Shown here: in pieces, positions 60,436 through 64,000 of the stretch | How positions within the stretch are numbered: the first letter of the stretch is position 1 | Layout of the letters: each line of letters begins with the position of its first letter | Assembly: GCA_965208315.1 (NCBI GenBank) | Contig: OZ242329.1 | Coordinates: 630,913 to 694,912 of the forward strand | DNA: 64,000 nucleotides | Source of the DNA: Chloroflexota bacterium | GTDB lineage: Bacteria; Chloroflexota; UBA11872; VXOZ01 | Direction of reading: 5' to 3' | Made by a program: the position numbers and the translations under genes | Notes under the pieces: model-generated | Databases searched by the model: none | What the model was told of the DNA's origin: nothing | The model's input: the letters and a program-made list of their open reading frames with translations, nothing else

Positions 60436-60743
60436 ACTATAACCTGGGGAAACGCTGGCAGTGGCCGCACAATGTTGCGCATTATTTCGGGTCCCTAATT
60501 CCGACCGCAAGGCAGTTTGCTTGGGTCCTCGCCCCATCCTTGACTAACGCAGACTCTCCGAAGGGATCGCGAATAGCGGCCTGCCCGTCCACGTCGAACA
60601 AGCCACCTCGTGCTCAATCGCACTGCCTGAGTGTGGTTCGTCAGGCACACCGAAGCTGGCTCAGGGCAAACGGATTGCGCCCTCACCTCCGTTCACCCTG
60701 CATCTTCAAAAAGCGTATCAGGCGGGACACGCTCTCCGCTGAC

Positions 60744-62138
60744 CTAGCAGATGCAGCCACCCTCTTTCAGCGCGTTGTCGGCCACTTGGTGAATTTCGGC
60801 CAAAGACTCCGCAACAGTCTTCTGCCCTTCTTCCATCTGGCCCCAAAGTTCGCCCCACGCGCCGTTGACGTCAGATTGCTTTACTACCTGGCGCAAGGGG
60901 ATGCCGACCTCGGCTATGGCTTGGTACGTCTCTATACTCTCGAAGGGATATTGCACCACCGGCGCGTACGTGCGGTTAGCCGGGAAGCGGCCGCCGCCCA
61001 AGTTTGCCCAATCCGGCTGCACTTCCTCGCTAATCAGATACTTGTAGAAGTCCCAGGTTGTATCGGGGTCAGGCGAGGTGCTCGCGATCCAGAATGCGTT
61101 GAGGAGCATAGGTGTCCCGCGTCCGCCCGGGCCGACTGGCACTGAAGCCAGCTCGACATTAAACGGCGTTTCTCCCTCGTAGATCTGTTGGTTGATCGAC
61201 CGCGTGTACCAGGGGCCGTTGAGCACCATGGCGAGTTTCTGCTCATTGAAAGAAGGCGCCACGTCGGACTCTTTGCGATTTTGCGGAGGGTGTACCTGAT
61301 GCTTAACGACAAGATCAAGCACAGCTTGCACTGCGTCCGCGGCGGCTGCCGAGTTAATTGCCGCGCCGCTAAAATCTTCGTTCCACCAGTCCGCTCCCCA
61401 TGACTTGAGCGCAATGAGAATGCGGTCGGGGCGATTGCCACCAAAGTAAAGTCCCCACTGGGAAACATTAGCGCCCTCATGGGTGGTCAGTTTTGTAGAA
61501 AGCTCCGCCAGCGCGTCCCAGGTGAACTTCCCTTCGGCATCCAACTTGCTCGGCGAATCGACACCCGCGTTCGTCATGAGGTCGGCGTTGTACCAGATGG
61601 TGCGCGCGCCCATGAACCAAGCGATGCCGTACAGCCTGCCATTAATCTTCTCCAAGGCAAAGTCGTAGTACTCGGAGAGATCGAACGCGGCATCCTTCGC
61701 GACGAGAGCATCGAGCGGCTGGATGATCTCGGCAGTGGCGAACTGGCTGATATAGCCGAACCAGCCATAGTACATGTCGTATGTTATCCCTGCCGCGTGC
61801 GTCGATACCGCCTTTTCCGACAAGTTCGTCAGCCCGCCGGAAACGAGGTCAAGCTCCACCTTAATGTCCGGGTTGCGCTCTTCATAGCGGCTGATGACCC
61901 CGCCGTACGTGTCATCCCACACCTGCTGCTGCGTGGTGTAGTGCATGTACTTGATGACCTTAGACTCCATTTCCTTAGGAGCCTCTTTCGCTTCCGCCTG
62001 CGGCTTTTCTTCCGCTTGCGGCGCTTCCATTGGTGCGGCGGGCACCTGACCGCAGGCGGCGAGGGTTACGCCTCCAACGCCAAGACTTGCCATCCCGGCC
62101 AAAATGGATCGACGGGAAAACTGCCGTAGGAAGTCCAT
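60744..62138 (-). CDS. Extracellular solute-binding lipoprotein, sugar ABC-type (paralogue B)
   Basis: SRRSIL signal, LAAC lipobox; same 464-aa length as paralogue A, with long identical blocks. Confidence 0.9.
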   Translation of the reverse strand: MDFLRQFSRRSILAGMASLGVGGVTLAACGQVPAAPMEAPQAEEKPQAEAKEAPKEMESKVIKYMHYTTQQQVWDDTYGGVISRYEERNPDIKVELDLVSGGLTNLSEKAVSTHAAGITYDMYYGWFGYISQFATAEIIQPLDALVAKDAAFDLSEYYDFALEKINGRLYGIAWFMGARTIWYNADLMTNAGVDSPSKLDAEGKFTWDALAELSTKLTTHEGANVSQWGLYFGGNRPDRILIALKSWGADWWNEDFSGAAINSAAAADAVQAVLDLVVKHQVHPPQNRKESDVAPSFNEQKLAMVLNGPWYTRSINQQIYEGETPFNVELASVPVGPGGRGTPMLLNAFWIASTSPDPDTTWDFYKYLISEEVQPDWANLGGGRFPANRTYAPVVQYPFESIETYQAIAEVGIPLRQVVKQSDVNGAWGELWGQMEEGQKTVAESLAEIHQVADNALKEGGCIC

Positions 62139-62175
62139 TTTCCTCTCCTTGGCTACCGTTCACGATATTGACAAC

Positions 62176-62204
62176 AGTATATTCTCCATCTTGGCCTTTG
62201 TCAA
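62176..62204 (-). promoter_or_regulatory. Near-consensus sigma70 promoter for paralogue B
   Basis: Minus strand TTGACA-N17-TATACT. Confidence 0.75.
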
Positions 62205-62304
62205 CCGTATTAACTTAGTTCGATTGGCCTTGGGAGTAGAGATTTCACATCTTCGCAGAAGCGCCGTTTTACGGTATACTGAGAGAGTGAAGCGAGCCTC
62301 TCTT

Positions 62305-62377
62305 GCCCCCATCGTCTAGTGGCCCAGGACGCAGGCCTTTCAAGCCTGTAACGCGGGTTCGATTCCCGCTGGGGGCG
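62305..62377 (+). tRNA. tRNA-Glu(TTC)
   Basis: GCCCCCA/TGGGGGC acceptor stem, CAGGC-CTTTCAA-GCCTG anticodon arm, GGTTCGATTCC T arm; CCA is not encoded. Confidence 0.96.
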
Positions 62378-62550
62378 CCCCCTTCTTCTCATGCCAAGCT
62401 CTTCTTGCAGTGGGCCGCTGCCAGTGAGACTCACGGATAGGCCTTACGGATAGCTGCCCCGTCTGCAATGGGTAATTGCGGTGAAATGAGATGTGCTAGG
62501 CCCGTCCTGCGGTGCTGGCTCGCAGCACAATCCCGTGTGCTATCCAACCG

Positions 62551-62636
62551 TTGACCGGCGGCAATAAAACCTGCTACTATAATGGTGACTGGAAAAGAGT
62601 GACCAGTTGGGGGTCTCTTTTCCGTCATATTCTTTT
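62551..62636 (+). promoter_or_regulatory. greA promoter and leader hairpin with U-rich tail
   Basis: TTGACC-N18-TACTAT, then the hairpin TGACTGGAAAAGAGTGACC...GGTCTCTTTTCCGTCA followed by TATTCTTTT, then the AGGAGG RBS. Confidence 0.65.
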
Positions 62637-62652
62637 ATAGGAGGATGCGGGC

Positions 62653-63117
62653 ATGGCGGAGCAGCATATGCTGACGCCTCAGGGCAGAGACAATCTGCTG
62701 CAAGAACTCGAAGAACTCAAATCCGTGCGGCGTCCTGAGATCGTGCGGCGGATCCATGAGGCCATGGAATTCGGCGGGGATCTCTCCGACATGGGCGAGT
62801 ACAACGAGGCCAAACAAGAGCAAGCCTTCGTTGAAGGCCGCATCATCGAGATCGAGCACATTCTCCGCGATGCGGTGGTGTCCGAACACCACGCTAGCAC
62901 TGAGGTTGACTTGGGCGCAACGGTTATCGTCACCGACGATGACGGCAATAGTGAGACGTTTACTATCGTGGGCGCGCCGGAAGCCGATCCCCTGGAAAAC
63001 CGCATTTCCAACGAAAGCCCCGTGGGCCAGGCCCTCATGGGGCACCGCGTCGGTGAGCAGGTGACCGTTGAAGTTCCCGCCGGCACGCTGACGTACACAA
63101 TTCAAGAGGTGAATTAG
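62653..63117 (+). CDS. greA: Transcription elongation factor GreA
   Basis: GDLS..EY..AK..Q...EGRI and ISNESPVGQALMG motifs. Confidence 0.97.
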   Translation: MAEQHMLTPQGRDNLLQELEELKSVRRPEIVRRIHEAMEFGGDLSDMGEYNEAKQEQAFVEGRIIEIEHILRDAVVSEHHASTEVDLGATVIVTDDDGNSETFTIVGAPEADPLENRISNESPVGQALMGHRVGEQVTVEVPAGTLTYTIQEVN

Positions 63118-63125
63118 CTACGGAA

Positions 63126-63163
63126 TCGTCTGACTACGTCAAAGTCGTCTGACTTCGTCAAAA
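63126..63163. repeat. Two tandem 19-bp repeats between greA and lysS
   Basis: TCGTCTGACTACGTCAAAG TCGTCTGACTTCGTCAAAA (17/19 identical). Confidence 0.75.
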
Positions 63164-63183
63164 ACGCAGATCGCTCACGCAAG

Positions 63184-64000
63184 ATGCCAGAAGATTTCCG
63201 CCTCCGCAAGCTCGAAGCCTTGCGCGCAAAGGGCATCGAGCCTTATCCCCTGCGCTTTCAGCGCACCCATACGGCGCAAGCGGCCCTCGACCGCTTCGAG
63301 GAACTTTCCACTGCCCAAGAGACCGTCCGCCTCGCCGGACGCATCCTTACCATCCGCAAAATGGGCAAGGCGGCGTTCGCCCACATCGAAGATGCTTCAG
63401 GTCGTATTCAGCTCTATCTGCGCCTCAACATTCTTGGCGAAGACACGTATGCGACTGTTGTAGACCTCTACGATCTTGGTGACATCATTGGCGCCGAAGG
63501 TGTCTTGTTCCGTACCCGCACCGGCGAAGAGACCCTGGAAGTCCGGCGCATCGAGATGCTGGCCAAAGCGCTGCAAAACCCGCCGGAGAAGTACCACGGC
63601 TTACGCGATACGGAGACCCGCCTGCGCCGCCGCTACTTGGACATGGCGGCCAATCCGGAGGTGCGCCAGGCCTTTACGGTGCGCAGCCACGTGGTGCGCG
63701 AAGTGCGGACGTACTTCGATGCCCGTGATTTTATGGAAGTAGAGACACCGGTGCTCCAGCCGCTCTACGGCGGCGCGTTTGCCCGTCCCTTTGTGACGCA
63801 CCATAACGCGCTCGACCAGGACTTCTACTTGCGGATTGCCACGGAACTCTATCTCAAGCGCTGCCTGATCGGCGGTTTTGAACGCGTCTACGAAATCGGC
63901 CGCACGTTTCGCAACGAGGGCATGGACCGCGACCACAATCCCGAATTCACCATGCTGGAGGCGTACCAAGCGTATGCCGACTACGCGGACATGATGGCCC
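63184..64000 (+). CDS. lysS: Lysine--tRNA ligase (class II), truncated by the window end
   Basis: Manual translation gives [22 protein letters not shown]...RKMGKAAF...FMEVETP...[12 protein letters not shown]...[20 protein letters not shown]. Confidence 0.97.
   Translation, partial: MPEDFRLRKLEALRAKGIEPYPLRFQRTHTAQAALDRFEELSTAQETVRLAGRILTIRKMGKAAFAHIEDASGRIQLYLRLNILGEDTYATVVDLYDLGDIIGAEGVLFRTRTGEETLEVRRIEMLAKALQNPPEKYHGLRDTETRLRRRYLDMAANPEVRQAFTVRSHVVREVRTYFDARDFMEVETPVLQPLYGGAFARPFVTHHNALDQDFYLRIATELYLKRCLIGGFERVYEIGRTFRNEGMDRDHNPEFTMLEAYQAYADYADMMA

Noticed and set aside
62305-62377. tRNA-Glu as the integration site of an island
   Set aside because: No integrase and no duplicate of the tRNA 3' end seen in the window.
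62653-64000. GreA-LysS fusion by TAG readthrough or pyrrolysine
   Set aside because: In-frame adjacency can occur by chance; both proteins look complete, and no pyl genes or recoding signal are seen.

Overview
This is bacterial chromosomal DNA of moderately high GC. It is probably from Chloroflexota; that is an inference from a hypothetical gene after nadC, Tat/lipoprotein-type solute-binding proteins and expanded CehA/McbA-like hydrolases. Core genes are rsmH (truncated), mraZ, queG, nadB, nadC, ogt, moxR, pgk, gap, yvcK-like, cimA, tRNA-Glu, greA and lysS (truncated). Accessory regions: (i) a defence cluster at 23.3-30.1 kb with a DUF262 + DUF3696 ABC-ATPase + RelE-like trio matching the Menshen architecture, a NucS-like PD-(D/E)xK nuclease and an orphan MNT antitoxin, lying between two DUF3604-like paralogues; (ii) glcDEF followed by an atypical YumC-type ferredoxin reductase and a stand-alone NuoE/NuoF pair with no catalytic partner, the best candidate here for an undescribed redox system; (iii) a phosphotransferase cassette flanked by 36-bp direct repeats that appear to duplicate the glcD promoter; (iv) a 14-kb minus-strand catabolic cluster headed by two tandem solute-binding paralogues, one with a G9 tract in its promoter spacer. 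Also seen: an MraZ operator, a greA leader hairpin and three families of REP-like palindromes. No CRISPR array, rRNA, integrase or transposase was found. All family assignments come from motif recognition by eye; no database searches were run.
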